Positions 28,703-39,376 of a DNA stretch of 58,795 bases are shown piece after piece. Location of the stretch: contig JBAZSA010000001.1 in the NCBI GenBank assembly GCA_041662645.1, positions 1 to 58,795 of the forward strand, in the 5' to 3' direction. The number at the start of each line of letters is the position of its first letter. Position 1 is the first letter of the stretch. Both the position numbers and the translations under genes were made by a program. The DNA comes from Desulfurivibrionaceae bacterium (GTDB lineage: Bacteria; Desulfobacterota; Desulfobulbia; Desulfobulbales; Desulfurivibrionaceae). Below the pieces are notes generated by a model, which was not told the origin of the DNA, did no database searches, and saw only the letters and a program-made list of their open reading frames with translations.

Positions 28703-31096
28703 ATGGGCGAAGACGACAGGCAAAAAGAAACGGAAGTTTCACAGAACAAGGCTGAACATCACGGCAATCCCAGCGACTTGCCAGTGCCGGAGATTCTGCC
28801 CGTGCTCCCGTTGCACGGCTTTGTCTTTTTTCCGGGCATGGGTTTTCCCATGAACATCCTGCATCCGGCCTCCCAGAAGCTCATAGACGAGGCGACTCTC
28901 AAAGACCGGCTGGTGGCCATTGTCAGCCACAGGGAGCCTGCCGAGGAAAAACAGGAGCGGGTTGAGCCCCAGCATCTGTACCGGATAGGGGTGCTGGGCT
29001 ACATCCACAAGCTGGTCAAGGTCAGGGAGGGCGGCGGGTATCAGGTTCTGATCAGCGCCATCAAAAAACTGGAGCTGGTCGAGTTTGTTCAGGAAGAACC
29101 GTATTTGATGGCAAAGGTTGCCGTTATCCCCATGGAGATGGAAAAGGACAAAGAGGCCGAGGCGTTGGCGCTCAACCTTCGGACCCAGTTTAAAAAGCTG
29201 GCCGAATTGGTCTCGCTTCCGGTTGAACTCGTCACCACCATCGAATCCCTGACCGATCCTTTTTATATCTCCTATCTGGTGATTTCCCAGCTCAACCTCA
29301 CGCCAGCCGAGGAACAGGAAATTCTTGAGATCCAGCCGGGCAAGGCCCTGATGCACCGGACCGCCCGCGAACTCAACAAACGCCTTGAAACGGCGGAGAT
29401 GAGCCAGGATATCCAGAAAAGCATCAAGGAGGACACGGATCAGAAACAAAAGGAATTCTTTCTGCGCCAGCAGCTCAAGGCCATCCGTAAGGAGCTTGGC
29501 GAGGAAGAGGAAAATCTCGACCTCAAGGAGCTGCGGGAAAAATTTGCCAAGACCGAGCTGCCCCCGGAGGCCAAGAAGACAGCGGAAAAGGAGCTCGACC
29601 GGCTGGCCCGCATCTCGCCCTCCTCTCCGGAATACACGGTTTCCCGGACCTATCTCGACTGGCTTCTTGACCTGCCCTGGCTGACATCCACCCATGATTC
29701 CCTGGATATCGTCAAGGCGCAACAGGTCATGGACGAAGACCATTACGGCCTGGCGGAGATCAAGAAACGGATCATCGAATTCTTGGCGGTGCGCAAGCTC
29801 AAGCAAGACATGCACGGGCCGATTCTCTGTTTTGTCGGCCCTCCAGGGGTGGGCAAAACCTCGCTCGGCCAATCCATCGCCCGGTCCATGGGGCGCAAAT
29901 TCATCCGCTTTTCCCTGGGCGGGGTACGGGACGAGGCCGAGATCCGCGGGCACCGGCGCACCTACATCGGCGCTTTGCCCGGCCGCATCATCCAAAGCCT
30001 CCGCAAGGCCGGAGCCAACAACCCGCTTTTCATGCTGGATGAGATCGACAAGCTGGGCATGGATTTCCGGGGCGACCCCTCTTCGGCTCTACTGGAGGTT
30101 TTGGACCCTGAGCAGAATTACAGCTTTACCGACCATTACCTGGAGATTCCCTTTGATCTTTCCAAGGTGATGTTCATCACCACGGCCAACCTGCTTGACA
30201 ATATTCCCGGCCCGTTGCGCGACCGGATGGAGGTTATCGAGCTGTCCGGCTACACCGAGGATGAAAAGCTCAACATCGCCAAGCGCCACCTCCTGCCCAA
30301 GCAACTGGAGGCCCATGCCATCAGCGGGGACGACCTCAAGATCGATGATCAGGCAATCCGGATGGTGATCCGCTCGCACACCCGGGAGGCTGGGGTCAGA
30401 AATCTGGAACGGAAACTGGCCGCGATCTGCCGGGGGGTGGCCAAGGAGATTGTCACCGGTAAGACCGGCACGACCAAGATCGATGCGGCCAATCTTGCCA
30501 CCTATCTCGGCCCCATCCAGTTCTTCCCGGAAACCAAGGCTCGTACCTGGGGGCCTGGCCTTGCCACGGGCCTGGCCTGGACCCCGGTGGGCGGCGAGCT
30601 GCTGTTCATCGAGGCGGCCAAGATGAAGGGCAAGGGCGGTTTGACCATGACCGGCAAGCTGGGCGACGTGATGAAGGAATCAGCCACTGCCGCCCTGACT
30701 TACATACGGTCTAATGCCAAGGAGCTGGGGGTTGATGAAGGGATTTTTGCCAAGATCGACCTGCACATTCATGTGCCCGAGGGCGCCATCCCCAAGGACG
30801 GGCCTTCAGCCGGGGTGGCCATGGTCACCGCCCTGACCTCGTTGCTCACCGGGCGAACGGTGAGCAAGGACATGGCCATGACCGGCGAGATCACCCTGCG
30901 CGGCGACGTGTTGCCGGTGGGCGGGATCAAGGAAAAGGTCTTGGCTGCGGTGCGGGCCGGGATCAAGGAGATTGTTTTGCCTGCGCTTAATGAGAAGGAT
31001 GTGGTGGAAATTCCGGATAACGTGAAAGAGGGTATCCGCTTTCATCTGGTCCAGGATATCAAGGAGGCGCTTGGGCTTTTGCTGGCCAAAGAGTGA
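28703..31096 (+). CDS. lon: ATP-dependent protease Lon
   Basis: LON N-domain, [23 protein letters not shown] (catalytic Ser), GGIKEK (catalytic Lys). Confidence 0.97.
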   Translation: MGEDDRQKETEVSQNKAEHHGNPSDLPVPEILPVLPLHGFVFFPGMGFPMNILHPASQKLIDEATLKDRLVAIVSHREPAEEKQERVEPQHLYRIGVLGYIHKLVKVREGGGYQVLISAIKKLELVEFVQEEPYLMAKVAVIPMEMEKDKEAEALALNLRTQFKKLAELVSLPVELVTTIESLTDPFYISYLVISQLNLTPAEEQEILEIQPGKALMHRTARELNKRLETAEMSQDIQKSIKEDTDQKQKEFFLRQQLKAIRKELGEEEENLDLKELREKFAKTELPPEAKKTAEKELDRLARISPSSPEYTVSRTYLDWLLDLPWLTSTHDSLDIVKAQQVMDEDHYGLAEIKKRIIEFLAVRKLKQDMHGPILCFVGPPGVGKTSLGQSIARSMGRKFIRFSLGGVRDEAEIRGHRRTYIGALPGRIIQSLRKAGANNPLFMLDEIDKLGMDFRGDPSSALLEVLDPEQNYSFTDHYLEIPFDLSKVMFITTANLLDNIPGPLRDRMEVIELSGYTEDEKLNIAKRHLLPKQLEAHAISGDDLKIDDQAIRMVIRSHTREAGVRNLERKLAAICRGVAKEIVTGKTGTTKIDAANLATYLGPIQFFPETKARTWGPGLATGLAWTPVGGELLFIEAAKMKGKGGLTMTGKLGDVMKESATAALTYIRSNAKELGVDEGIFAKIDLHIHVPEGAIPKDGPSAGVAMVTALTSLLTGRTVSKDMAMTGEITLRGDVLPVGGIKEKVLAAVRAGIKEIVLPALNEKDVVEIPDNVKEGIRFHLVQDIKEALGLLLAKE

Positions 31097-31110
31097 TTGG
31101 TCAGGCTTGT

Positions 31111-32013
31111 TCAGCCGCAGACCTGTTGATCTGGAGCTTTTCCCAAGCTCGAACCCGGCAGAACAATCCGAACCTTTTCCACCAGATGATCCGGGAAATA
31201 GCTTTCTTTAGCCTTGCGCAGACCGGGAATCCCCAGGTCCTGCTCCCGGTTGACATAGGTGAATTCAGAAAGGTTCTCTCTGGTAAACCACTGGTTGATC
31301 AGTTGGCCCAAGCCATGGAACTGGGGCATGGCTTTTTCGAAATGCCATACTGCTGTTGAGGGGTTGAGCCTTTCGCCTACGGCAAAGGCCTCGATGGTCC
31401 CATCAATCCGGATGGCGCCCCCGGTTAGGGGGAATTCCCGGTAGTTCCGCAACGTTTCCACTATTGCCCGATATTCCCCGCACAACCCAGGTTCGGTCTT
31501 GCAATCCCGGGCAGCGCACCAGCGGTCCTGCATGGCTAGGCATTCGGGAACTGTTTCCGGGGTAATCATTTCGTACTGGCAATCGTATGCAGCCAAGCAC
31601 TGGTTGATGTGATTTCTCTTTTTGGTGAAATGCCTCCCTGCCAGGGTGGCAAGATCTTCCCTGCGGTAGACATAATCGGCATTGTCTCGATCCTCGACAA
31701 TCGTGGCCCCGTCCAGAAGAAACTCCGGAATCTTATCCTTGGGGAAGCGATCCGCTCCCGCGATCCGGCTGGTGTATTCAGTGAAAACCTCGGGCAGGGA
31801 TACCGGACCCACCGGATTTCCCAGGATGGCCAGCCCCGTTTTTGTTTCGGTAAAAAAAAGCAGTGATTCCCTGAACTCGTCGATCCAGATCGGCCGGGTG
31901 TGCCGCCAGGCAAAGAGATTGGTGAAGGTCAGCTCCGAAACCTCAGGGGGGAATCGCCTGAGGTATTCCGTAACAAACTGATTGTCATCAAGGGTGAGCG
32001 GGCGCAGGGTCAT
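31111..32013 (-). CDS. DUF2156 / lysyl-PG-synthase C-terminal-like soluble protein
   Basis: SELTFTNLFAW, DYVY..LATLAG..KKRNHIN, HFEKA, NREQDLGIPGLRKAKESY. Confidence 0.82.
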   Translation of the reverse strand: MTLRPLTLDDNQFVTEYLRRFPPEVSELTFTNLFAWRHTRPIWIDEFRESLLFFTETKTGLAILGNPVGPVSLPEVFTEYTSRIAGADRFPKDKIPEFLLDGATIVEDRDNADYVYRREDLATLAGRHFTKKRNHINQCLAAYDCQYEMITPETVPECLAMQDRWCAARDCKTEPGLCGEYRAIVETLRNYREFPLTGGAIRIDGTIEAFAVGERLNPSTAVWHFEKAMPQFHGLGQLINQWFTRENLSEFTYVNREQDLGIPGLRKAKESYFPDHLVEKVRIVLPGSSLGKAPDQQVCG

Positions 32014-32157
32014 GGGGTTCCTGTGAATGTGTGGGGTTGATTTAGTATAAAGGCGAGGCGGGATTCCTGCAATTGATTCCATTGCCAAGGGTGTGTTGCT
32101 TTTCTTGCAAATACGGAGAAAGCCGTATAGATTGTGCCTCTTGTAAAAAGATAAAAA

Positions 32158-32264
32158 TGCCCTTCGACAGGCTCAGGGCGAACGGTAGTTATCTTGAAAT
32201 CATTATAGTTTCTTCCGTTCATGCTGAGCCCTTCGACGTTGCTCAGGAGAGCCTTGTCGAAGCA
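32158..32264. repeat. REP-like inverted repeat pair with nested third copy
   Basis: CCCTTCGACAGGCTCAGGGCGAACGG (32160-32185) and inverted CCGTTCATGCTGAGC...CTTGTCGAAGCA interrupted by CCTTCGACGTTGCTCAGG. Confidence 0.75.
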
Positions 32265-32285
32265 CCATAGAAGAAAGGTGAACAG

Positions 32286-33134
32286 ATGGAAGTAGTGCTT
32301 GCCAAGAACGCAGGCTTTTGCATGGGGGTGCGGAGGGCGGTTGATACCACCCTTGGCATGGTCCAGAAGGGCGAAACAACCATTGCCACCTTTGGCCCGC
32401 TGATCCACAACCCGCAGGTTCTGAAGCTTCTTGAGGAGCAGGGGGTGCGGATTCTCACCGAGATTCCGGCCCAGGCAACCGGGTCCATTATCATCCGGGC
32501 CCACGGCATCCCCCCTGAAGAGAAAAAGAAGCTTGAAGCCACCGGCGCCAGGGTGGAGGATGCCACCTGCCCCCGGGTTCTCAAGGTTCAGGCCATCATT
32601 GCCCGATACAAAAAAGAGGGCTTTGCCACGGTGATCATCGGCGACCGCGACCACGCCGAGGTGGAAGGGCTCATGGGCTATGCCGGCGATACCGGGCAGG
32701 TGGTGAACAGTGAGGCGGATGTCGCGGCCCTGCAACTTGACGGGCCGTATATCATCGTCAGTCAGACCACCCAGGATGAGCATCTTTTTGAAAGTCTCAA
32801 GGATGCGATTCTGCAAAAATATCCCAGGGGCGAGGTGTTCAACACCATCTGTGATTCCACCCATAAGCGGCAGGAGGAGGTCCGCCAGCTCTGCCATGAG
32901 GTTGAGGCGTTGGTGGTGGTGGGTGGGAAGACCAGCGCCAATACCAAACGGCTGGGGGAGATTGCCGAAAGCCTGGGCTGCCCGGTGTTCATGGTGGAGT
33001 CGGAAGCGGATCTCGATCCCCAGGCATTGGCGCGCTATGGCCGAGTAGGGGTAACAGCCGGGGCCTCCACCCCGAACTGGGTGATCAGCCGGATTGTGGA
33101 AGTGTTGGAGAATATAACGGCGAATACGCCTTGA
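32286..33134 (+). CDS. ispH: 4-hydroxy-3-methylbut-2-enyl diphosphate reductase
   Basis: AGFCMGVRRA, IHN, RAHG, DATCP, HAEV, NTICDST, SAN, TAGASTP. Confidence 0.96.
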   Translation: MEVVLAKNAGFCMGVRRAVDTTLGMVQKGETTIATFGPLIHNPQVLKLLEEQGVRILTEIPAQATGSIIIRAHGIPPEEKKKLEATGARVEDATCPRVLKVQAIIARYKKEGFATVIIGDRDHAEVEGLMGYAGDTGQVVNSEADVAALQLDGPYIIVSQTTQDEHLFESLKDAILQKYPRGEVFNTICDSTHKRQEEVRQLCHEVEALVVVGGKTSANTKRLGEIAESLGCPVFMVESEADLDPQALARYGRVGVTAGASTPNWVISRIVEVLENITANTP

Positions 33135-33146
33135 GAGGGATCAAGA

Positions 33147-34193
33147 ATGTTGAGTTGGTTTAAGAAAAAACTTGGCGGCGCGCAGGTATTGCCGCCGGAG
33201 CAGGGCGCGGGAGCAGAGGGTGCCACCCCAGCCGCGGAAGCCGCGGGGCAACAGGAGAATGGGGCCAGCTTTTTCCTGCGGCTCAAGGATGGGTTGTCCC
33301 GCACGCGGAAAACCTTTGTCCGCCAGATCGATGCGCTGTTTCTTGGCAAGAAGAAGATCGACGCCGAGCTGCTCGATGATCTGGAAGAGATTCTGATCAT
33401 GGCGGATATCGGCGCGGCCACAACCCAGGAGCTGCTTGATAAAACCAGGGAGCAGGTGCGGCGAAACGAATTGGCGGATGGACAGGCTCTCAAGAAAGCA
33501 CTGAAAGAGATGATCCTCGGCTATCTGCTCAATGCGGACCGGCCTGCGGATCTTGCCCTGCCTGCACAAGGCCCCTTTGTCGTCATGGTGCTGGGGGTCA
33601 ACGGAGTGGGTAAGACCACCACCATCGGCAAGCTGGCCCATAAGTTCACCCAGGCAGGGCAGAAGGTGCTGCTGGTGGCTGCCGACACTTTCCGGGCCGC
33701 AGCCAGCGAACAACTGCAGATTTGGGGCAAGCGGGTCGGGGTGGAGGTTGTGGCCCAGCAGGCCGGGGCAGATCCATCCTCCGTGGTGTACGATGCTCTG
33801 GAGTATGCCAAGCCGCGCAATTTTGACGTGGTGCTGGTGGATACGGCGGGGAGGTTGCACACCAAGGTCAATCTCATGGAAGAGCTGAAAAAGATCAAGC
33901 GGGTCATGGATAAAAAGATTCCCGGCGCGCCCCATGAGATTTTGCTGGTGCTCGACGCCACCACCGGCCAGAACGCTATTTCCCAGGCCCGCCTCTTTAA
34001 CGAGGCCGTGGATGTCACCGGCCTGGCTCTGACCAAGCTTGACGGCACAGCCAAGGGCGGCATTGTCATCAACATCTGCCACGAGTTCAACATCCCCATC
34101 CGTTTCATCGGCATCGGGGAGCAGATGGAGGACCTGCGGGATTTCGAGCCGAACGAGTTTGTCGAGGCTCTGTTTGCCGAGGGTGAGGCGTAA
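33147..34193 (+). CDS. ftsY: SRP receptor FtsY
   Basis: [35 protein letters not shown]. Confidence 0.97.
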   Translation: MLSWFKKKLGGAQVLPPEQGAGAEGATPAAEAAGQQENGASFFLRLKDGLSRTRKTFVRQIDALFLGKKKIDAELLDDLEEILIMADIGAATTQELLDKTREQVRRNELADGQALKKALKEMILGYLLNADRPADLALPAQGPFVVMVLGVNGVGKTTTIGKLAHKFTQAGQKVLLVAADTFRAAASEQLQIWGKRVGVEVVAQQAGADPSSVVYDALEYAKPRNFDVVLVDTAGRLHTKVNLMEELKKIKRVMDKKIPGAPHEILLVLDATTGQNAISQARLFNEAVDVTGLALTKLDGTAKGGIVINICHEFNIPIRFIGIGEQMEDLRDFEPNEFVEALFAEGEA

Positions 34194-34198
34194 AGGAC

Positions 34199-35035
34199 AT
34201 GATCGTGTATCGTCGGCATAACCCGCCGGGCTGTGGCGGGTTTTTACTGGTTGTGGCTCTGATCCTGTTCGCCATGGGCGGCGCTCCTCTCATCCTCGAT
34301 GTGCTGGGGTTTCTCTTTTTTGCCGGGGTCTTTTTGGTCCTCATGGTCTTTGTCGGGATATGGGGGTTTTCCCAATATATCCGGCGGATGGCCAGCCGCT
34401 ATGAGCGATCCCAGACGGAAAGCCACAACCAGTTTGTCTTTCTGCTGATCAACATCCTGATCCGGATTGCCCAGGCGGACGGTGTAGTGACCAAGGGTGA
34501 GCTTGGCCCCATCGAGAATTTCTTCCGTACCCATCTCCGCTACAACCAGAGCCAGATGTACTGGGTGCGCGATCTGATCCAGGATGCCCTTGCCTCCCAG
34601 GCATCCCTCGAAGCCATGCTGACCGAGTTCAAGGCCAATTTCGCGTACGAACCCCGGCTGATCCTGGTGGAACTCATCTATCAGGTGCTGTACACCAATG
34701 ATCAGGTCTCCGCCCAGGAACTGGCCATGGTGCAGACCATCGCCGATTTTCTCGAGATTTCCGTCTATGACCATCATGCCATCCGGAGCAAATACGCCGG
34801 TGGCAGCCGTGGCCGGGCCTTTCCTGGCCAGGGCAGAAGCGAGGCCCAATACTACGAAATTCTCGGGTTGACGCCGGGAGCGTCCCCAGAGGAGATCAAA
34901 AGCGCCTACCGGAAACTGAGCATGCAGTATCACCCGGACAAGGTGGCGCATCTGGGCGAGGAGTTCCGGCGGGTGGCCGAGGAGAAGATGAAAGAGCTGA
35001 ATGAGGCGTATCAGCACTTAAAGAAAACAGCTTGA
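34199..35035 (+). CDS. djlA: DjlA-like co-chaperone (TM + TerB + J domain)
   Basis: N-terminal TM helices, AQADGVV TerB-like segment, C-terminal J domain with HPD. Confidence 0.75.
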   Translation: MIVYRRHNPPGCGGFLLVVALILFAMGGAPLILDVLGFLFFAGVFLVLMVFVGIWGFSQYIRRMASRYERSQTESHNQFVFLLINILIRIAQADGVVTKGELGPIENFFRTHLRYNQSQMYWVRDLIQDALASQASLEAMLTEFKANFAYEPRLILVELIYQVLYTNDQVSAQELAMVQTIADFLEISVYDHHAIRSKYAGGSRGRAFPGQGRSEAQYYEILGLTPGASPEEIKSAYRKLSMQYHPDKVAHLGEEFRRVAEEKMKELNEAYQHLKKTA

Positions 35036-35041
35036 GCAGGC

Positions 35042-36124
35042 ATGAACATCCTTGTTCTTGAGCCCTATTACGGTGGATCGCACAAGGCGTTTCTTGCCGG
35101 GCTGATCCGCCATCTTCCCTGTTCCTTTGACCTGTTGCCCCTGCCTGCCCACAGCTGGAAATGGCGGATGCGCCTTGCGGCCCCGCATTTCGCCGGGGTT
35201 CTCGCCACTGATCCCAGCTATGCGGGCAAGACCTATGACCGGATACTCTGTTCCTCCCTGGTGGATGTCGCCGCCCTGCGCGGCCTGTTGCCGTCACACC
35301 TGCGCAACATTCCGCTCCTGACCTATTTTCACGAAAATCAGTTCGCCTACCCGGTGCAGGTGCCGGATGCGCGTGATGTGCACTTCTGCCTGACCAATCT
35401 CACCACGGCCTTGGCCTCGGACAGGCTTGCCTTCAATTCCCAATATAACCTGGATTCTTTTTTGGCCGGCTGCAAGGAGCTTTTGGCAAAGATGCCTGAC
35501 ATGGCCTTGGCTGGCTATGAAGAAGCGATCCGCGCCAAGGCGACGATTCTTCATCCAGGCCTCGATTTCAGCGAAATTGATTCGTGCTCGGAGGAGAGGC
35601 AAACGGGCAGGCCGCCGGTTCTGGTCTGGAATCACCGCTGGGAGCACGACAAGAACCCGGAACTGTTTTTCAGCACACTGTACGGGCTGGCGGAGCAGCG
35701 GGTTCCCTTTGGCCTTATCGTGCTGGGTGAGTCCTTTAAGAGTCAGCCACCGGTTTTTACCCAGGCAAGGGAGAAACTTGCCCGGCATATTGTCCATTTC
35801 GGCTATGCGGAAGACCGGCAGGAGTATTGCAGATTGCTCTGTCAGGGGGATGTGGTCGTGTCCACGGCCAACCACGAGTTTTACGGCATTGCAGTTTTGG
35901 AGGCGGTGCGCGCAGGCTGCCGGCCTCTGGTGCCGGACCGCCTGTCATACCCGGAGCTTTTTATCCCAGCCTTTCGTTATGGGGGTGGAGACTTTGCCGG
36001 AAAGCTGCTGGCGGCCATGGAGGTTGGAAGGCTTACGAGGCAAGAAGCGCACTCCTTTACCAGCCGGTTTTCCTGGCCAGAGCTGACCGGCAGCTACACG
36101 CAATGGTTTGAAGCGCAGGGATAA
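35042..36124 (+). CDS. DUF3524 GT-B glycosyltransferase (GTDC1-like)
   Basis: EPYYGGSH, WKWRMR, YFHENQ, WNHRWEHDK, HEFYGIAVLEA. Confidence 0.82.
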   Translation: MNILVLEPYYGGSHKAFLAGLIRHLPCSFDLLPLPAHSWKWRMRLAAPHFAGVLATDPSYAGKTYDRILCSSLVDVAALRGLLPSHLRNIPLLTYFHENQFAYPVQVPDARDVHFCLTNLTTALASDRLAFNSQYNLDSFLAGCKELLAKMPDMALAGYEEAIRAKATILHPGLDFSEIDSCSEERQTGRPPVLVWNHRWEHDKNPELFFSTLYGLAEQRVPFGLIVLGESFKSQPPVFTQAREKLARHIVHFGYAEDRQEYCRLLCQGDVVVSTANHEFYGIAVLEAVRAGCRPLVPDRLSYPELFIPAFRYGGGDFAGKLLAAMEVGRLTRQEAHSFTSRFSWPELTGSYTQWFEAQG

Positions 36125-36140
36125 CCAGGGAAAGGGCGGA

Positions 36141-36335
36141 TCAGCAGGGGGCGGATTCGCTAAAGTTTTTCGTCAGGAACTCACATTCAGCCGGGGAAAG
36201 ATCAAAGCGAATCTCCGCTTCCCGGATCACCGTATCCCGTTTTTTCTGGGGATTATTGAGCAGCTCTTCGCTCATCCAGCACAGAGCCTTTTTCACCTTG
36301 TCGCTGCCGGTTGGCAGCCTGCTGTCATCGCCCAT
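36141..36335 (-). CDS. Small hypothetical protein
   Basis: 64 aa helical ORF with GGAG RBS directly downstream of glgB (KKALCWMSE...RFDLSPAECEFL). Confidence 0.65.
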   Translation of the reverse strand: MGDDSRLPTGSDKVKKALCWMSEELLNNPQKKRDTVIREAEIRFDLSPAECEFLTKNFSESAPC

Positions 36336-36347
36336 CTGTTTTCTCCC

Positions 36348-38543
36348 CTACACCGGTTTAACCATGATGCCGCCAAGGGGCGGAACCGAGACCATGATAT
36401 GGAACGGGGCCTCGCCGAAGGGCTCGGCAATGGCCTGCTTGCGGTCCGGATTGTATACGTTGCTGCCGCCGAACTCTGCGGTATCCGTGGAGAGAATCTC
36501 CTGATACCAGCCAGCCGCAGGCACCCCGAGTTTATAGTCGTGCAGCACCTGGGGGGTGAAGTTGAGCAGGCAGACCACATGGTCTTTCGGATCTTTGCCT
36601 TGGCGGCAGAAGGCGATGATGCTGTTGTCCACATCCTTGAAATCCATCCACCTGAAGCCGTCAAAGGAAAAATCGATCTCCCAGAGAGGCCGGGTCTCTT
36701 TGTAGACCGCGTTCAACTGCTGGACGAATTTTTGCAGCTGCTGGTGCATGGTGTTTTGTTCGGTAAGGTGCCAGTCCAGGCTCACCTTGCAGTACCATTC
36801 GGAGATCTGGCCGAATTCCGCCCCCATGAACAGCAGCTTCTTGCCCGGATGGGTCCAGAGGAAGAAGAAGAGCAACCGCAGGTTGGCGAATTTCTGCCAC
36901 ATGTCACCGGGCATCTTGAAGAGCAGGGAGCGCTTGCCGTGCACCACCTCGTCGTGGGACATGGGCAGGATGAAGTTTTCGGTGAAGGCGTAGAGCAGGG
37001 AAAAGGTCAGCGCGTTGTGATGGTATTTGCGAAAGATGGGCTCCTTGCTGAAATAGCCCAGGATATCGTTCATCCAGCCCATGTTCCACTTGTAGCCAAA
37101 GCCCAGACCGCCCCAATCCAGGGGCTTTGATACCCCGAAGAAGCTGGTTGACTCCTCGGCGATCATCAGGGCATCGGGATAGCGGCCGTAGATGATGGCG
37201 TTCATGTGTTTGATGAACTCGATGGCGTCGATATTTTCCTTGCCGCCGTAGATGTTGGGCACCCATTCCCCTTCCTGGCGGGCATAGTCCAGGTAGAGCA
37301 TTGAGGCCACCGCATCGACCCGCAACCCGTCGATGTGGAACTTGTCCATCCAGAAGAGGGCGTTGGCGATGAGGAAGTTCTGTACCTCCTTGCGGCCGTA
37401 ATTGAAGATCAGGGTGCCCCACTCGGGATGCGCGCCCTGCCTCGGGTCGTCATGCTCGTAGAGGGCGGTGCCGTCGAAACGGCTTAAGGCATGGCCGTCG
37501 GAGGGGAAATGCGACGGCACCCAGTCGAGGATCACGCCGATCCCGTTTTGATGGCACTGGTCCACGAAGTACATGAAATCCTGGGGCGTGCCGTGGCGGC
37601 TGGTCACGGCAAAATAGCCGGTGACCTGATAGCCCCAGGATTCATCCAGGGGATGCTCCATGATGGGCATCAGCTCGATGTGGGTGAAGCCCATCTCCTT
37701 GACGTAGGGGATCAGGGCGCCAGCCAGTTCCTGGTAGGAGAGCAGCCGCGAGGGATCGGCTGGATCGCGTCGCCAGGAGCCCAGGTGCACCTCGTAGGTG
37801 GACATGGGTTGCTCATAGCTTCTGCGGCTTTTCCGCTCATTTAGCCAGGCCGCGTCATTCCAGGCATAGCCGTCAAGCCCCCAGACAATCGAGGCGGTTT
37901 TGGGCCGGATCTCCGAGAAAAACTGGAAGGGATCGGCCTTTTCCAGCAGCGCGTCGGTTTGGGTCTTGATCTCGAATTTGTACGGTTCGCCCTGGCCGAT
38001 ATCCGGGATAAACAGCTCCCAAACGCCGGATTGGCCTAAAACCCGCATCTGATGGACCCTGCCGTCCCAGTAATTGAAGTTGCCCAGGATGCTGACCCTC
38101 TTGGCGCTTGGTGCCCAGACGCGGAAGATTGTGCCGCTGACGCCCTCGATCGTTACGAGATGCGCGCCAAGGGTGTTGTAAATTTCGTAGTTGGTGCCGT
38201 TGTTGAAGAGATAACGGTCATATTCGGACATCTGGGGGAGAATCCGGTACGGGTCCTTGAATACATGGTGGTTGTCATCGTAATAGACCGCTTCAAATTC
38301 ATAGGGGAAAGGCTCGCGGCAATTGGTGATGACAATCTCGAAAAAGCCTTCCGGCCTTGTCTTGTACATCTCCTTTCTCTCCCCGTTGGCCAGCAGCCAG
38401 CAGGCGGTTGCGTTGGGCTGAAAGGTTCTGATGACCGAGGATGCGGCGTCTTGGTCCAGGAGGTGGAAACCCAGGACCTGAAAGGGGTCATAGTGTTCGG
38501 AGGCAATAATCCGGTTGATGCCGGAATTTATATCAGAGGTCAT
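36348..38543 (-). CDS. glgB: 1,4-alpha-glucan branching enzyme
   Basis: VWAP, YEVHLGSW, SWGYQ, DWVPSHF, DGLRVDAVASMLY, IAEES, SHDEVVHGK. Confidence 0.97.
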   Translation of the reverse strand: MTSDINSGINRIIASEHYDPFQVLGFHLLDQDAASSVIRTFQPNATACWLLANGERKEMYKTRPEGFFEIVITNCREPFPYEFEAVYYDDNHHVFKDPYRILPQMSEYDRYLFNNGTNYEIYNTLGAHLVTIEGVSGTIFRVWAPSAKRVSILGNFNYWDGRVHQMRVLGQSGVWELFIPDIGQGEPYKFEIKTQTDALLEKADPFQFFSEIRPKTASIVWGLDGYAWNDAAWLNERKSRRSYEQPMSTYEVHLGSWRRDPADPSRLLSYQELAGALIPYVKEMGFTHIELMPIMEHPLDESWGYQVTGYFAVTSRHGTPQDFMYFVDQCHQNGIGVILDWVPSHFPSDGHALSRFDGTALYEHDDPRQGAHPEWGTLIFNYGRKEVQNFLIANALFWMDKFHIDGLRVDAVASMLYLDYARQEGEWVPNIYGGKENIDAIEFIKHMNAIIYGRYPDALMIAEESTSFFGVSKPLDWGGLGFGYKWNMGWMNDILGYFSKEPIFRKYHHNALTFSLLYAFTENFILPMSHDEVVHGKRSLLFKMPGDMWQKFANLRLLFFFLWTHPGKKLLFMGAEFGQISEWYCKVSLDWHLTEQNTMHQQLQKFVQQLNAVYKETRPLWEIDFSFDGFRWMDFKDVDNSIIAFCRQGKDPKDHVVCLLNFTPQVLHDYKLGVPAAGWYQEILSTDTAEFGGSNVYNPDRKQAIAEPFGEAPFHIMVSVPPLGGIMVKPV

Positions 38544-38784
38544 ATGCGTGGTTTCTGTCTGAAATGGGTTGTTGGGATCTTTGCATGTTGCGGCAAGAGT
38601 GGATAAAGAATTCTAGCACGGATCAGAGAGGAAACTCCAATTCTTTTCCGGAACGGGGGTAAATTTGTTGGATGTGCAGGATTTCTTGACTGACAGGATG
38701 GACAAATGCTAAGTTGCAGGCGGATTTGAACCGGCCGCCAATGGCGGTCAATGATGCGAACACGAACTTGAGCATTCTTCCCAG

Positions 38785-39339
38785 ATGATCGAAACCCTGC
38801 AAGGCTATTTCCTCATTGCCACTCCCCAGATGCCAGACCCCCGTTTTGCCGGGAAGGTTGTCTATCTCTGCGCCCACAATGACGAAGGGGCCATGGGGCT
38901 GGTGGTGAACGAGCCCATTGCCGATATCAGTCTGGCGGATGTTTTTAAAAGCGCCGATATCCCCTTGCCGTCTGGGCTGTTGCCCACGGTGTATATGGGT
39001 GGGCCGGTGGAGGTGGCAAATGCGTTTTTTTTGTACAGCTCCGAGTACAGGGCTCCGCATTTTCTTGAGGTGAGCAAAACCGTCCATCTGACCAGCGACC
39101 CGCAGTTGCTCTATGATCTCGCCTCGGGCCAGGGCCCGCGGAATCTGCTGGTGGCGCTTGGATATTCCGGTTGGGGTCCGGGACAGCTGGAGGCGGAACT
39201 CACCGTGGACGGCTGGCTTACCCTGCCCGCGGATGACGACATCATCTTTCATACGCCGGACAAATTGCGATGGCAGAAAGCGGCCCAGCGTCACGGTATT
39301 GATATCGCACTGTTCGGGGATGTGGTTGGCACGGCCTGA
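38785..39339 (+). CDS. YqgE/AlgH family protein
   Basis: LIATPQMPDPRF, GAMGLVVN, GGPV, GYSGWGPGQLEAE. Confidence 0.92.
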   Translation: MIETLQGYFLIATPQMPDPRFAGKVVYLCAHNDEGAMGLVVNEPIADISLADVFKSADIPLPSGLLPTVYMGGPVEVANAFFLYSSEYRAPHFLEVSKTVHLTSDPQLLYDLASGQGPRNLLVALGYSGWGPGQLEAELTVDGWLTLPADDDIIFHTPDKLRWQKAAQRHGIDIALFGDVVGTA

Positions 39340-39376
39340 GTGGCCGGGACTTGGCACAAGGATTACTGAAAAGACA

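Noticed and set aside
31096-31125. Selenocysteine read-through at Cys-Gly-TGA of the DUF2156 gene
   Set aside because: No evident SECIS hairpin, and read-through would run into the convergent lon gene
39351-39367. Sigma54-like TTGGCAC-N5-TTACT upstream of speB
   Set aside because: The invariant GC at -12 is missing and the site is too close to the start codon
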